From NCBI RefSeq assembly GCF_001447785.1, contig NW_015165240.1, forward strand, positions 997,049-1,061,048: a DNA stretch of 64,000 bases, in the 5' to 3' direction. Below the pieces are notes generated by a model. It made no database searches. It was not told where the DNA came from and was given only the letters and a program-made list of their open reading frames with translations. The stretch's first letter is position 1; each line of letters opens with the position of its first letter. Both the position numbers and the translations under genes were made by a program. This DNA is from Gekko japonicus. Its lineage: Eukaryota. Of this stretch, positions 36,873 through 49,875 are shown piece after piece.

Positions 36873-37415
36873 GGCTGCGGTCACACACGCCAACTGAAGC
36901 AGAGGGGAAACGAGGCTATTCTTTCTGGAGTAATTCGACCCGTGGTTGTGAGATCACACAGCCTTTTGTTGCTGCAGGCTCATCCTTTCACTGTGTGATC
37001 AGACACAACTGTGAGTGAGTCAGGTTTTTTTTTGGTCATTTGTTCCCCACGCGCATAAACGAGGAATCGCACCTCTGCACTGAGGGCCCCCTATGGGTAT
37101 GCAATGATACACATACTGCGAATGGGTGGGGGATGGCACTGAGCTGGGATGGTCTTATCAGACTCATCTGATCAGACCATCCCAATGGCTCAGAAACGTG
37201 CTTGCATGATCTGATGGGAAAGTCCATCCGTGGCCAGTCACAACACATTAGTACCAGATTTTCTCTGCTGTCTTTTTACTCTGCTTCCGCGGCAGAGCAG
37301 CACGGCTTGCCAATGACTGTGGGACCCTTCCCAGATGTTACTGTCTGATCACACCCTTTAGATCCATTGGGCATTTGCACCTATGTTGGATCTACTGGTG
37401 TGTGTGATCGCAGCC
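36873..37415. mobile_element. PIF/Harbinger-like MITE inserted in the CR1
   Basis: 20-bp TIR ggctgcggtcacacacgcca / tggtgtgtgtgatcgcagcc; flanks aaa / taa (degenerate 3-bp TWA TSD); CR1 resumes after it. Confidence 0.7.
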
Positions 37416-39010
37416 TAAGTAAACTCAGCAGTCATGGGATAAGAAAACAAGTCCTCCTGTGGATTGAAAACTGGTTAATTAACAGGAAGCAGAGAGTGAA
37501 TATCAATGGGGAGTTTTTACAGTGGAAGGTGGTAACCAGTGAGGTACCACAGGTCTTGGTACTAGGTCCGGAGGTTTTAAACTTGTTCATTAATGATTTG
37601 GAGTTGGGAGTAAGCAGTGAAATGGCTAAATTTGTGGATGACACTAAGTTGTTCAGGGTGGTGAAAACCAGAGAAGATTGTGAGGCACTCCAGAAGGATC
37701 TGTCGAGACTGGGCAAGTAGGCATGAACATGGCAAATGAGGTTCAACATGGTCAAGTGCAAAGTAATGCACATTGGAACAGAAATTCTTAACAGTAAAAA
37801 CACATGGATAGGGTTCGAACTGGCTGAAACCAACCAGGAGAGAGATCTTGGAGTCATGGTACATAACTCACTAAAAATATCAGTTCAGTGTGCAACAGCA
37901 ATAAAAAAAGCAAATGCTATGCTGGAGATTGTTAGGAAGGGGACTGAAGACAAATCAACCAGTTTCATAAAGCCCCTGTATAAACTGATGGTGCAACCTC
38001 ATTTGGAATACTGTGTACAGTTCTGGTCACCACACCTCAAAAAAGATATTATGGTGTTAAAACAAAATAAAATTGTTATTTGAAAAAAAAAAGATATTAT
38101 AGTGTTGGGAAAAGTGCAGAAAAGAGCAATGAAAGTGATTGAGGGAATGGAACACTTTCATCCCCCCCCCCCAATTGCTGTTATGAGTTCCCTCTCCCCC
38201 TGCCCAGACACTGGTCCATAGTCCAGAGCTGGGGTAGAAATTTCCAGGACTCCATCATCATGGACTCAATTTGGGTCTTTAGTTTTATTAAACTGTTCTG
38301 TAGAATTTTAATGGCATTATGCCATCACGTACATCACCCAGAGCCCGGCATAAGCTGGGATAGGGCGATTAATTTTTGTTGTTGATGATGATGATGATGA
38401 TTAGTAGAAGGTGGTTAGGGCTGTTTAGTTTAGAGAAACAAGTGACATGATAGAGGTTTACAAGATTATGCATGGGACAGATAAGGTAGAGAAAGAAGTA
38501 GTTTTCTCCCTTTATCACAATACAAGAACTTGTGAGCACTCAATGAAATTAATAAACAGTATGTTTAGAACAGATAAAAGGAAGTACTTCTTCACCCAAA
38601 GAGTAATTAACATGTGGAATTCACTGCTGCAGGAAGTAGTGGTGGCTACAAGCATAAACAGCTTCAAGAGAGGATTATATAAGCACAAGGGGCAGACCCG
38701 CGATACTCGCGGAGGGGGCAGAGGAGGAAGCAGGAGGAGGAGGTAAGTACCCCCCATCCTGCTGGTTCCCCCGACTCCTCCACCCCCTTGATCTCCCCCC
38801 CATTGCCTCTCCCCCCGGCTCCTCGCTGCTCTCTCCCCCACCCCCATCCCGGCACCGAAGCGAGGGCCGCTCGGACCTCGCTGCTCTCTTTCCCCCCCCT
38901 CCGCGGCGGCGAGAGAGTTTGCAGAGCATTCCCTGCGCATGCGCAGGGACACTCTGTCAGTTTCGGGGGGATTTAAGTATCCCCCCAATATTTTTTTGCT
39001 CTTAATTAGC

Positions 39011-40942
39011 CCTTCCTGACTTCCGGCAACATGGCGCTGTGCCGCGGGCGTGTTTCTCGGGAGCTCTCGAGAACGCCCGGCTTGTGCGCGCTTACTCGGA
39101 GCCCCCCGAAATTCGGAGGGCTCCGCTTGGAGCCCCTGTAGGGAGCCCAAGGTATGAGGCTTAACCGCCCCCCGTTTCCCTGGCAAGGACGGGGGGTGTC
39201 CGGTCTGCCCCGAGGCAGGAGCGCCACGGAGAACGGAAACATGGCTGCCATGTTTTTCGTTTAGCAGCTGCCACCCGTGCTTTTAACTCTTATTTTTGGC
39301 TTTTTTGTGAGTACCTTCTTATTTTTCTTTTTCCTTTCCGACCCACCCATACGTTACCCTAATGGATACCACCATCTGATAAACTGACAGACACGAAGGA
39401 ATACCCCCCCCTTTCTTTGAGGTTTCCCCCTTCCCACATTGGGAATGAGAGCGGCCGGGAACTTTTAAACGGAGAGACTGAGAGAAACAAGGTACGGGGG
39501 AAACAAACAGCCTGGCTGGACACAATAGTATATGACCTTTTCTAAAGACTATAAAATATTGGAAGGATCTGAGGCACAACGGGTGTACCTTTAAAAGTAC
39601 GAGAGATAAGCGGACCCAATCCGGGGTGAAAATGGCGTTAATTGAGGCTTGTGGCCAGATACGGGATGCAATACTTTCAGAACTCAAATCAGACAGTTTT
39701 AAAGAGATACTGAAAAGAGAACTAGAGAACTCTCTTGCACTGTTCTGGGATAAGACGCTGAAAAATGCACAATTCATTGGTACAGAGGGAAACCTCAAGA
39801 CGAAATATACAAATGAGCTACAAAGACAAACAGAACAGCAGGAAGCTGAGCAGGAAGAAGATCCTCCGGTCTCTCAACATGTACCGCTACGACGAGAGGC
39901 AGAGTTGCAAAACACGGACGTTAGAATCACGGTTTTAGAAGATGAAAAAACATTGAAAAGATGCGGTGGAGGGAAAAGGCTACCATATACCACCCGGAAG
40001 AAAAATAAAAAGAGCAAAAGGATGATTGTACAGGTGAAACGACTAAGAGAACTTAAAGACTTGGAACTAAAGCGATACAAGAATGACGGCAGAGGAGTTA
40101 ACCTAAAGGAGTACAAAGATCAGAGGCATCTGATAGAAAAGAAGGAAAATCAGTATAAAAAAGAAATTACTTATATGGTGACTCTGAGCGAGCTCTATAG
40201 ATTGGGATGAGCAGAGGATGGATATATGTGGCTCAATAAGATATGCAAAGAGATATGATGTTTAGAAGTTGAAACACTGGTTGAACTAAGTTTAAGGTTA
40301 AATGGAATTTAAGGTGGACAGAAAATGTGGATGGCTGTTACTGCTTATTAACTTCATTTATTTATTTTTATGTAGATATATGAGCCATAATATGATGTGT
40401 GGAAATACTGGATGAATTAAGTATGGAATCTAGGATGGTCAGATGGATTGCTGATACTGTTTATTAATTAATTTTTACAAATTTCACTATACAGATGCAT
40501 GAGGGACAAAGATAGGAGGTATACTAAAAAAAAGATGTTGGCAGATAGGATATTCAGTTTTTGATGTAAGTTTTGTTGTTTGAAGCATATGGGCTTGTTG
40601 AAACTTGAAAAACAAAAGATAAACTGCGTATAACAAAAATAATATGAGCGAAATTGTACTAAATAATAGCATAAACTTTTGCTCATGAGACCTGAGTTAA
40701 AAACACTGCGAGTTAGCCACTTGATCCTTTATCTTACAGAGGTAAAGAGATAGATATTGGTTTCATTCCAATGTAGGCCAGGTTGTACTTATTATTTACT
40801 GTTGCTGTATGCATATCAGATTATGCTAGTCATATTAAGAATATTAATTGATTACATTAAGCGTATTAAGCATATTAATTTCCTTGTCCTGGTTTATGCC
40901 TGTCTTGTGTTTAAAAACCCAATAAAAATTACTTAAAAAAAA
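39011..40942 (+). mobile_element. Poly(A)-tailed, RT-less retroposon-like cassette inside the Helitron
   Basis: Starts gacttccggcaacatggcg (ETS/YY1-type motif typical of L1 5' ends); CpG-rich leader, one ORF, AT-rich trailer, AATAAA 40921-40926 and A8. Confidence 0.6.
39632..40210 (+). CDS. Intact 192-aa K/E/R-rich predicted helical ORF of the cassette (L1 ORF1-like or unknown)
   Basis: aaaATGG Kozak context; uninterrupted frame MALIEACGQIRDAILSELKS...LSELYRLG*; no recognised motif. Confidence 0.45.
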   Translation: MALIEACGQIRDAILSELKSDSFKEILKRELENSLALFWDKTLKNAQFIGTEGNLKTKYTNELQRQTEQQEAEQEEDPPVSQHVPLRREAELQNTDVRITVLEDEKTLKRCGGGKRLPYTTRKKNKKSKRMIVQVKRLRELKDLELKRYKNDGRGVNLKEYKDQRHLIEKKENQYKKEITYMVTLSELYRLG

Positions 40943-42173
40943 GAGTTTCAGATTTTTGTGCACACCTGGGGACCGCCCCACGTGTGCACAAAACTCTCCT
41001 TCCCCCCAAGGTGCCCCCGGTGCGCGGATTTAGGTATCCGCACACCAGGGGCCGACTTGGCTATTAGATATATAGATATGAAGCAGAGGTCCATCAGCCG
41101 CAAGGTATAGATGGAACACTATGTCTGGGGCAGTAATGTTCTGTATTCTTGGTGCTTGTGGGGGAACAGTGGGAGGGTGTCTGGAGTTCTGGCCCCACTG
41201 GTGGGCATCCTGATAGCACCTGGGTTTTGGCCACTGTGTGACACAGAGTATTGGACTAGATGGGCCATTGGCCTGATCCAATATGGCTGATCTTATGTTG
41301 TTAAGATCTATTGGTAGAGCACCCAGCTGCAATCCTGGTACACTTTACAAGTCAACAACTGCATTGGACAGTGGGGAACTCTATGACACAGAGGAAAGAA
41401 TTATGGGGCAGCTGGAAGCAGGAAGATCAATATGTTCATTGACTTGCACTTCTGGACTACTTGACTTGTGCCAAGTCTCAAGCAAATCCTGAGATCACAC
41501 TAGTCCTTGAGTTTTCCACAAAACAAATGAAACAACATCTAATTTACTTTGTTGACAGAAACAATATTTATACAGTAACATTTAACCATCTGGCCCATAT
41601 GCTGCAAATTTAGCAAATGTGATCTTCTGGGGCTTTCGAACCCCAAAGGCAAAAAAACGTTGGTTTTGTTCTCGGTTTCCTTTTTGTATGCTCTATCTAT
41701 TTTTGTATACACAGCTATACAACCCATTTTTAGATAAGGGTCAAATATCATATATTCCTTATCCCATAACCCACTGGTATCTTTTTGTCAATCTTGCAAC
41801 CAAAAACATCTGTAGTGAGACTAATTTAAGCAAGAGAGGGTAACACAGACCTATCCGGACAAAAGAACACATGAGGAGGATATTGATTTTTATGAATCAT
41901 TAATACTATTCTAAATATTCGGATTTTTTTTCTCCCTAATGCCTATAGATTCTTCTGAGTAATTTTCCAGGCAGTAGAAATATCCTCTTATTTGTCATAA
42001 ATGACAGTTATTACACTCAGGAGGTTTATTGATGTGGGTATGCAGGTTATCCAACAGCAGAGGAATCTGCTAAAGCTTCACAACCATCATTCATCATAGT
42101 AGAGCTGCATAGGAGCCCTGCTTGATCATTATTGAAATGAATGACGATTACACAGCTGTGGTGCTTGGTGGAC

Positions 42174-42597
42174 CAGGGATCCTCATTATGGTGCCCAGCA
42201 CGTATTTTAGAAAGTGGGTGGGGACCGGTGGGTGTTTGCCCTACAGTGCTTATGACTGGTCACTGAAGATCTGCTTCGATGCACAGATTTTTTTTTAACA
42301 AAATTGCTTCAGCAGCAACTGCAACCACAGCACAAGGATCTTGAGTACATGACTGAATATAAGCTGAGTATATGCAAGAAAATATTTTTAAACAGCATTT
42401 GCATTTTTAAAAGACATCATGTTAAGCAAAGCTTCTGCCTGAAATACTGAAGAGTTACTATTTTAGTTGTTCATAACCTCAGTCCCTGACATTTTGTGAC
42501 TGGCTTTGCCTCCTGCATCAGCCATTTTGTGGTTGCGCCCACCACCCTGTCAGAACTCCAAAGGTGCTTACAGGCTTAATAAGGTCAGGGAACTCTG
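42174..42597. mobile_element. Old hAT-like MITE; related copy at 61732-63290
   Basis: cagggatcctca start, agggaactctg end; shared cagccattttgtggttgc.cc.acc.ccctgt block. Confidence 0.5.
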
Positions 42598-45500
42598 CTG
42601 TAAACAGATGTTTACAAACAGTATTGGTAAAAACCTATTTATTGCCAAGCAGAAAATAATAAACAAATTCTGACCATGCACATAACCCTCCCCTAAGTAC
42701 AATCCAATAAATGCACACAAATTCTTCACTAAATTCCCCAAGTGCTATTCTTGCATGGAAGCTATTTGTATGTCCAGATGGTATCTAAAATATTTGGATC
42801 TGCATTCTAAGAGCCTGTCAGCTGTATCTTGTTGTGCTCTTCACATATCACTGCTCTGAATCCTTCAATAATTTGCCTGGAAGCAATTCATATTTTATAG
42901 GCATTAGAGGTCCAAAGCTGAGTGTCTTAGGCTGAGAAGATTTTGCAGATTTTCTCTGCCACTCATGTATTGTCCTTTAATATTAATTTGAATCACCAGC
43001 AATCCTGACACCTGTCACGAAGAACAAGCCTCTCAACCTGGAAAGATACCATGAATTTGTAACTGACACATGCTGACTTAAGAAGAAAAGGCAATTTATC
43101 ATTTTTTAAAAGAATGTATAATACTAATAGTATAAAAAAAGAACTCTGACTGAGCTTCTTCCCTATTAAGGGTGTGAGGTTTAAGCATTTGCGACAGAAA
43201 ATCTTTGCACTAACTATAGTTAAAAATAGCTATGCAGAAAAAAATCGGATTAGAAGGGCAAAGTTTGCTGAGAACACACTGGAAGAAAATTCTAGTTCTT
43301 ATTTGACTTGGATGCCTGATCTCTGCAGACTGTGAAGGCAAAATCCACCAGGAAATTCTGTGAATAAGAGCTGCATGAGAACATTTACCAAGCCTTGTGT
43401 AGGACAGTGTCTCAGTGGATTGTGTCCAGAAATCTCAGAGTTCCTATTCTGTTCTTTTCTAAAGATGACAACATAATGAGTCACAAAGCAGGCATTCCTT
43501 TGTTACATTTGAGAGAAAAAGAAATGGTGGAATTTTGTTACTGCTGCATAATTTCAATGCATATGCTGTCAACAGGATGCTTCTAAAATGGAACTGCGTG
43601 CATGTCAGGTCAGGAGGCTGCTATGTACTTGAGGCTGGCATGAAGATAATACTGTAAGTGTTGTGACCAGCTAGTGTTCTGCAATCCATTCCCAAGTGGC
43701 ACTAAGATTCTTGGAGTATGACTACCTATGTTTACAGACCTCCTATGAAGAGAAGATTCATGTTCTCACAAAATCATTCAAAATGACTGTTCGGAATACA
43801 TTTTAAAAAACAAGTTTACTTTTTTACAGCTTTTGTAATTATTATTCAGTTGATATATCATTTCCCACATTGTAATTTTCCCTTTTAATTTTAGGTTGCA
43901 TTGGTCTTCTTCCCTTTCAGCAAATATTAGCTCAGTGGTGTTCAGACAGTCAACAACAAAACCCTTCTCTTTCTTTTGAGATAGAAGCTCTTGTAAGGCT
44001 AATTGCAATTTTTTAAAAAATTAAAGATTAATGAGTTACAAAGTTCACTTATGTCCCAGACATAGTCTCAAGAGGCTCACTGAAAGAAGGAAGAAGAAGG
44101 ACTACTTAGGTTTACAATATGCTTTAAGGTCCCCAGAGATGTACACTGGGAAAAAAGGTAACCAGCAAGAAGGCTAGAAATACCCCAGTGGTTTCTGTTC
44201 CAGGACACTTTAATCTGTTAGAGGCTCTATCTCCATCACAGCTGAAAGAGTCCTTGGAAGGGTCAATTAATTAGGATCTGAGGAACTGCATTTCCTACAA
44301 CTCTGATAAATTGCTTGATGACTCTTGTATCTTAGATGTGCTCCCTTTAAAAACTTGTAGAACCCAGGAGTGGGATGCAACATGCAAGATGATTCTCTGA
44401 CCAGATTAAGCTGCTGAGAAAAACAAGGGGAAACATGTTTATCATTTAACTGCTTTCAAAATTTCATGAATCATGGTGGGTATGCATCATGCTTAGGCCA
44501 ATCGTAATTGTTATTTCCTTTAATTGTAACCATCAACTAGACTTTCTTTCTACATCCCCTGCATATGCAACCCCCTCCCAAAAAAACACTCTTTTTCTGT
44601 GGATGGCTCTATTACCCTACTGAGACGTAAGAGATCATCAATCAAGTTTTGCTTTTAGAAATATTGCTTTGGCTTTGATATGATATGATTCCTGAGCTGC
44701 AGATTGGAGCTGTCCACACAATTTCTAAAAATAAACAAATGCAAACTAGCCATTGATGTCTTGTGCCTTTGCATCTTATTCCAGTAGTTTATTTCTCCAA
44801 AGCTGTTTCCTTTGCAGAAATTCCAGTTTAAAGCTCCCTGCCCTACCTTCCGAACAAAAAACACCCAGATTAATACAAATGCAAGAAATTTTTTACAAGT
44901 TTACATTCTACTGAAAGTTTTCCATGAATCTTTTATTTTAACTGAAGAATGCAGCCAAGAACAAAAAGCCTCATTAATGTAGAGATCTTTAAGTGTCTGT
45001 AAATTGGCCAGATATTTATTCTGGTAAGAGTACAGTTTACTCCAACACTGCTGTGTAGGGTTGCCAACTCTGGATTGGGAAATTCCTGGAAATTTGTGGG
45101 TGAAGCCTGAGAAAGCTGGGTTTGGGGAAGAGAAGGACCTCAACAGGTATAATACCACAGATTCCACCCTCTAAGCAGCTGTTTTCTCCAGGGGAACTGA
45201 TCAGTTGTGATTCTGGGAGGTCTCCTGACACCTAGGGTTGCCAAGCTTCAGGTAGTAGCTGGAGTCTCTCCCATGGTTACAACTAATCTCCAGGTGACAG
45301 GGATCAGTTCACCTGAAGAAAATGGCCACTTTGGAAGGTGGACTCAAAACCATTATACCCCATTGAAGTCCCTCCCCTCCCCAAACCCCACTCTCCTGAG
45401 GCTCCACCCACAAAATCTCCAGGTAGTTCTCAACCTAGAGCTGGCAACCCTATGTAGAACTCCAGGTATTTCCCAACCTATTATCTGGCAACTCCACTAA

Positions 45501-46591
45501 CAACCATACCAGTGCTGAGATTGCCTCACAGGCACTAAATAGAACAAGTCAGCACATGTCATTCTTAACTGAAAGGTTCAACTGCTAAAATCTATATGCC
45601 AATAAAGGTTGTGATGATGATGATGATGACGATGAACTGCTAAAATCAAAACTGAAAATAAAAACAATGTGAGCCCAACTCCCGCCGAGATTGCACTGGC
45701 AGGAGGGGGCTGAATTGCCTCCTCGAGAGGAGGATGAGTGGTGCCGGTGTAGCGTGAAGTGCAGCACCAGGCAGGGGGCAGAGCCAGCCTATTTAGGCTT
45801 GGCTCCTGCTTTCTGCCTCCGCAGTCCTTCAGCATGCTTGCAGGGGACAGAGCACGAGGATGGGGCTGCTGGCTTACTGGAGGCCTGCGGCCTAAGTAGC
45901 AGCAGCAGCCAGCTCGCAGCGGCGACGGGATCTCGGTGGTGAAATCGGCAGCTTCTGGCAGTGACAGGACCTTGGTAGTGGCCGCGGGGAGTGCTCGATG
46001 GAGGTGGTTGTGGCGGACAATGCTTGGCGGCAGCACGTGTCAGTGTGTGGCTGAGGTGGGCCCCTCTTCAGAGGCAGTGACCTTCAGCAGTGACGGCAGC
46101 AGTGAGCGTGCGGCGGTGGCCTGTTGTGCCTGGGGGTTTGCCGTGTCTCGGGGGGGGGGGGATTGATGGCTGGTGGCCTTAGTGGCAGGGGGTAAAGAAT
46201 TTTTCAAATGGGTCACCTGTAAGCTTGGCGGCAGGTTGGCAGACATTTTATAGTGGCAGGCGGCAGCCTACCTGGCTGGCTGGGGAGGTAGGACTCTCCC
46301 GCTCTTTTAACGGCCATGCTATGGCTGGTGCCCATTTTGTGAATACAACATAGTTGGGGCAGCGGGGTAAGGATGCTTCATACTTAGACTCTCCAGCCTC
46401 TTTAACCCCCCTCCCACCATCACCAGCAGATGCACAGGGCTGGTCTTATCGGAATTTATTCTGAAACAGAGGCTGGTTCGTTTTAGAGTGGTAGAAGCGA
46501 CGGGGATTGCAGTAGCAGCCATTTTAGGCATCTCCTGGTGGTGGCCATTTTGTGTCTTTCTATTGGGCAGCCATTTTAATTGCCAGGCAAC

Positions 46592-48389
46592 ATGACTCCA
46601 AAAAAGGGTCTTGGGGTTTCAAAAGGCAAACAGCCTGCCCCTAAATGGGTTGGCATGGATCCTGCGAAGGGCAAACAGCCCCCTCCCAAACTACATAATG
46701 ATGGGGCCACACCTTCTAGTCTTAGTGGCACAGCGCCTTTGGCAGTCACACCGGGTTCTATGGGGCATTTAATGCAGATAGGTATGGCTTCCACATTGGG
46801 CCCCATGGTGCCTCCTTCAATGGTGGGTGCCGTTTCCACTCAAGCAGTTTCAGTGCTTTCAGCCCCATTGGCCTCTGCAAATGCAGCCATGGCATCTGCT
46901 TCTTTGGCACCCACTGGTCCTATTTCACCTGCTCCCATAGATGCTGTTTGGGATAACCTGGTTAGTAGGGCCATATTGGAAAGGCTGGCTGCCATTGAGG
47001 AACACTGTAGGGGTGGGTGGGCGGGCAACCGGCTATGCTGCCCGTAGAGGTTTTTCAAGCCCAGTTGTTAATCCGCCTTTCTGCCATTGAAAGTAGGTCT
47101 GTGGGCACGGCTAGCCAATCTGTTGTTCTTGACTATGAGGAGGCACAACCAGTGGAGATGCAGGAAGTTCCAACTGTGCAGGCAGGCAAGGAACAGTGGG
47201 TGGTGCCTTATGGGGATCCGTTGCAGGCGTCAGGTAAGCCAGACTCTACACAACCATCAGGTATCGTTTGGCCATGGAGGCCCTGTAGGCCTGCAGATGT
47301 CTTCTGGGCAGTCTGCCCTGGCATCTACAGAAGGATCTTCGCCTGGTATTACAGGCATGCCGCCTACATCAGAGCCATGGGGGGCAGGGAATAGCCAGCC
47401 ACCAGCCAGCTGTGTGCCTTCAACTAACACAGTAGCATCCCAACAAGGTGGAGTGGGCCTTCAGACGTCTTCTGGGTCATCTGCCCCGCACCTATGAATG
47501 GATCCTTGTCTGGTCCTACAGGCGTCTCGCCTCCATCCTGGCCATGGGGGTCAGGGAATAGCCAGCTGCCAGCCAGCTGGGTGCCTCCACCTAGCATGGT
47601 GCAGTGCCAACAAGGCGGGGTATGGCCAGGGTGGTTTTCTCCTGGACAGGGCAGCAGGACATATGAGATGGTATCAGTGAAGGAATTGCCGTCTGGTGAA
47701 CTGGTGATGGCTTGGGTGACCATCTTACGACAGCCACTAGGGATAAAAAGGGGCGAGTATGTAGATGTCTTTTCCTTATTGTATAGAGAGCTTGACAAGA
47801 AGGATAAAGAAGACTTGGGCGAACGGGATAAGGAGCACTTGAAGCACCGCAGTGTAGACAGGATAGACACTAATTGGTATCCTGGCTTTTTGATTTATGC
47901 CGGGGTAATTGTTAGAACACAGCCTTGAGGGCCCCATCCCTGCTCCAATACATGGATATAATCTATAAGGGTTATTCTGACTTTACTGGGTCAGCATGGA
48001 TGGAGTATAAGGCTTTCCGTATGAAGGCGGCTATGTACCCGGCGCTTCGCTGGAATCATATCCATCCACATTTATGGATGCAAACAATGTCCCCAGCCAA
48101 GCCTGTCTTGGGGGAACATACTGACAGCGGACATGTCGTGCGGTGGGCTACTAACTATAATGCAGGAGCTCCACATTCCCAGGGTGGGCAGGCTGTTCAG
48201 AAACACCCTCTCTGTTGGGAGTTTTCCTCGCAATGGTATCGTAGCCGGAAAACATGCACTTTTCACCATGAATGCCCTATCTGTTCCAGCCCCCATTCCT
48301 TTCCATCCTGCCCCAAGGCCAAAGCCAGACCTGCTGCTAAGGATGGCAAAGGTGGCAGGGGCAGAGGGGGGGAGTCAGGCCTTACCTGA
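46592..48389 (+). pseudogene. Ngaro ORF1/gag-like (frameshifted), with a C-terminal Cys/His finger
   Basis: IKRGEYVDVFSLL, YMDIIYKGY..F.G.AW..Y..FR, CWEF..........CTFHHECPICSSPH....C; ~170-bp internal tandem duplication at 47280-47620. Confidence 0.8.
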
Positions 48390-49870
48390 CAAAGGGGCCC
48401 AGTCCAGTTAGAGTTTTGGTATTAGAGCGCTAGTTGCGCCTGTATCCTAAGTTTGCTAACAGGCAGTACTTGTTAGATGGGTTTAGGTTTGGTTTTCGCA
48501 TTTCCTATAAGGGTGAGCGGCGCCCCTTTTCAGCTCCTAATTTGCCCTCAGGTTGGAGCATGGAGCAGGTGGTTAGAGCCAAGATTCAAAAGGAGTGTTT
48601 AGAAGGTAGGGGTTTTGGCCCCTTTCCTTCACCTCCGGTGCCCAACCTGCAGGGATCACCTTTAGGTGTGGTGCCTAAGAAAGCACTAGGGGAGTATCGC
48701 CTCATTCACCATTTGTCTTACCCTCAGGGCAGATTGGTGAATGATGCGATACCTAGCGAGCTCTGTTGGTTAGGTACACTTCTTTCGATGAAGTGATCTG
48801 TATGGCCTGTGGTTGCGGGTAAGGGGCCAAATTGACTAAACATGATATCAAATCGGCCTTTCATCTTCTTCCAGTACATCCAGATGACTTTTTTCTTCTG
48901 GGATTCTCCTTTGATGGGCAGTTTTATATGGACAGGGCCCTCCTAATGGGATGTTCAGTGTCCTGCGCTGCATTTGAACGGTTCAGTTCCTTTTTGGAAT
49001 GGGCTTTGCATGCACACACAGGCTTGTTCAGTACCACCCATTATTTGGATGATTTTCTATTTGCTGGACCTGCTGGATCGAGGGGGGGTGCACAGTTGTT
49101 CTCCAATTTTGAGCAGTTGGCTGGGGAACTTAGTGTTCCTTTAGCTGCTGAGAAAACAGAAGGGCCTAGTGTGGTCTTAACCTTTCTTGGCATCGAGTTG
49201 GACACTGTGCAGCAGGTTTCATGCCTGCCACCTGATAAACTGGCTAACCTCCTTCCGTTGGTGAAGGATGCATGTATTGAAACCAAATTGACACTCAAGG
49301 AATTGCAACAGCTAATTGGGCACCTTAACTTTGCCTGCAAAGTGGTGGCCCCAGGGCATGCATTCCTGTGAAGGTTGTGTGATTCCACAATAGGCCTCAC
49401 GTTACCCAGGGGATTAGGGAGGATTTATTAGTCTGGTGAGACTTCCTGGCTTCATATAATGGGGTGTCCTTTTGGGGAAATGATCTCCAATTGGAAGCTG
49501 AAGTGCAGGTCACCTCTGATGCAGCAGGTTCTTTGGACTTTGGTGTCTGTTTTAGGGGACAATGGTGTGCTGAAGATTGGCCACCTGAGTGGATCCAGGC
49601 TGGATGGATGCGTGACCTGATATTTCTTGAGTTTTCCCCCATAGTGGTAGCAGTGTACATCTGGGCTGATGACCTTGCTAGCCAGACCGTTTACTTTTGA
49701 TGCAATAACTTGGTGACAGTACAAGTTATCAACTCACTAACATTTACGTCTCCTAGAGTGATGGCGCTGGTCAGGGCTTTCACCCTCCAATGCTTGCAGT
49801 ATAATTTATTGTTTAAGTCCAGGCATGTGCTGGGGGTCAATAATGGGGTCGCTGACACTCTGTCTTGAAA
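48390..49870 (+). pseudogene. Ngaro reverse transcriptase / RNase H
   Basis: SPLGVVPKK..GEYRLIHHLSYP, DIKSAFHLLPVHP, MGCSVSC, HYLDDFLF, FLGIELDT, TSDAAGS, LEFSPIVVA. Confidence 0.95.
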
Positions 49871-49875
49871 ACAGA

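Larger units (their letters stand above)
38686..41076 (-). mobile_element. CpG-rich non-autonomous Helitron inserted in the CR1
   Basis: Exact A|T insertion into CR1 aagca|tatg with no TSD. Minus-strand start TCTATATATCTAATAG; perfect hairpin ccgcga-tac-tcgcgg (38698-38712) 12 nt from the 3' end; terminus CTTG instead of CTAG. Confidence 0.8.
36830..41302 (+). mobile_element. CR1 LINE 3' half, interrupted by several younger insertions
   Basis: [50 protein letters not shown]; 3' UTR resumes at 41077. Confidence 0.9.

Noticed and set aside
38515-39186. 223-aa minus-strand ORF
   Set aside because: It spans GC-rich Helitron DNA and antisense CR1; open only because of composition.
46186-46372. 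Alternative upstream splice donors for the Ngaro SGNH ORF (46192, 46367)
   Set aside because: Weaker consensus, and no upstream ATG frame enters the acceptor in phase 1, unlike the donor at 47233/47234.
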